Assembly: GCF_006345805.1 (NCBI RefSeq)
Contig: NC_043013.1
Span: 31,000,001 to 31,064,000 of the forward strand
Reading direction: 5' to 3'
DNA length: 64,000 bases
Origin: Octopus sinensis
Taxonomy: Eukaryota
The notes beneath the pieces are model-generated. The model was given only the letters and a program-made list of their open reading frames with translations. It did no database searches and was not told where the DNA came from. Positions 62,596-64,000 of the stretch are shown piece after piece. Position 1 is the stretch's first letter, and every line of letters begins with the position of its first letter. Both the position numbers and the translations under genes were made by a program.

Positions 62596-63874
62596 AAAGG
62601 TGGGTGGAAAGTAGGTAGGCATTAAAAATTGGCAATAAAATCCATATTTTTTTTACAAATTTATTAAAACAAATGATACATGTTTTTCATTACATGGGAA
62701 AATGAAAGTAAATCTTCTTATTTCAACGTAAGCACCGGTGGCGTCATCCAGTTTCCTCAAACGGCCAGGAATGGAATGAACAATCTTCTGAAGGACGTCA
62801 TCTGAGATATCATTAAGAACATCCTGAATCTGTGCCCCTAAGTACTCCAACGTGTGAGGTTTTGTCCTGTACACCTCCTCTTTCTCTTTTTTTCTTTTTC
62901 TCTTTTTACTTGTTTCAGTCATTTGACTGCGGCCATGCTGGAGCACCGCCTTTTAGTCGAGCAAATCGACCCCGGGACTTATTCTTTGTAAGCCCAGTAC
63001 TTATTCTATCGGTCTCTTCTTGCCGAACTGCTAAGTGACAGGGACGTAGACACACCAGCATCGGTTGTCAAGCAATGCTAGGGGGACATATACAAACACA
63101 CACATATATATATACATATATACGACAGGCTTCTTTCAGTTTCCGTCTACCAAACCCACTCACAAGGCATTGGTCGGCCCGGGGCTATAGCAGAAGACAC
63201 TTGCCCAAGATGCCACGCAGTGGGACCGAACCCGGAACCATGTGGTTGGTTAGCAAGCTACTTACGACACAGCCACTCCTGCGCCTATTTTGTGTAATCC
63301 CTCAAGTCAAAATCACCTGGAGTGAGATCTGCACTTCATGGAGTTCTGGACTTCTGCGGTCACAGTCTTCAGGTTTTAGCTCCTGAACATAATGGGATTT
63401 TCACAGACGAAATTTAATTCCTTATGCAACACCGTACGTTTTGCGTGTCTTGTTAATCCATTTTCCCGATCTACTTCACGTGTTGATCTTTGCGGGCTAC
63501 AATTAAACATTTCCTGCACTGTTGCTCGTTCTCTGCTGATCGGGACGTGGTTGGACTCCCACTTCTTCCTTCATCGTTCACAGAGCCCATGGTCATCAGT
63601 TTTGCATGACGACATTTTATTGTGTCCGGAGGTAATGTTCAATGCAAGCCAACTTCTCTGGACCAAAAACAATGGAATTCCACACTTGATAGCGTGCTGC
63701 TATCTTAGTTCGCTCTGAAACAGTCAAGCGACCGGCCATCGCGGAAATAAGAGAGTAAGAAAAGAAAATATCTCCATTAGGGTTGTTCGTTTAAAAATGT
63801 TTATGTCGTAACTTCAATGATATTAAAAATTCTATAAGCAATTTTTTATGCCTAGTTACTTTCCACCCACCCTA
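62596..63874 (-). mobile_element. Internally deleted Tc1/mariner-superfamily element (rosa/DD41D-like), split by a SINE
   Basis: TIR GGTGGGTGGAAAGTA..TAGGCAT.AAAAATTG at both ends. ATG at 63739: MAGRLTVSERTKIAARY..GSVNDEGRSG..SPQRSTR..LHKEL..VQELKPEDCDRR, then SADLTPGDFDL.DYTK | EEVYRTKPHTLE..SIPGRL...GAYVE (SPDLTP.DF.LWG.K..VY..KP pattern). Confidence 0.85.
62882..63285 (-). mobile_element. SINE family A, full length, nested in the transposase gene
   Basis: Reverse complement begins GGCGCAGGAGTGGCTGTG and has a long A-rich tail; it interrupts the reading DYTK|EEVYRTKP. Confidence 0.92.
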
Positions 63875-63998
<124 letters not shown>

Positions 63999-64000
63999 CG

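Overview
AT-rich, microsatellite-dense animal genomic DNA, not prokaryotic, with one 100-N assembly gap. The tRNA-derived SINE families and repeat landscape look like an octopus/coleoid cephalopod genome; this is recognition from memory, not a database check. No host protein-coding gene could be supported, so the window reads as intronic or intergenic. Almost all ORFs in the track are microsatellite translations or transposon fragments. Retroelements: a nearly complete CR1-clade LINE ORF2 (APE endonuclease + RT), fragments of RTE, R4/Dong-type, Penelope (GIY-YIG) and a second CR1 family, and four SINE families (about 25 copies, several with target-site duplications). DNA transposons: four decayed Tc1/mariner-superfamily elements and a mariner-type MITE. 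There are also several tandem duplications. The most interesting signals are: two short elements with minimal hammerhead-ribozyme cores (Penelope pLTR/retrozyme-like), a Penelope endonuclease fragment bracketed by 41-bp inverted repeats, a pre-miRNA-sized hairpin, a short non-autonomous element sharing its 3' end with an RTE LINE, RTE C-termini with C2H2-like fingers, a tail-to-tail SINE pair able to form long dsRNA, and modular SINE architecture. Coordinates were counted by eye and element ends are approximate unless a TSD or TIR is given.
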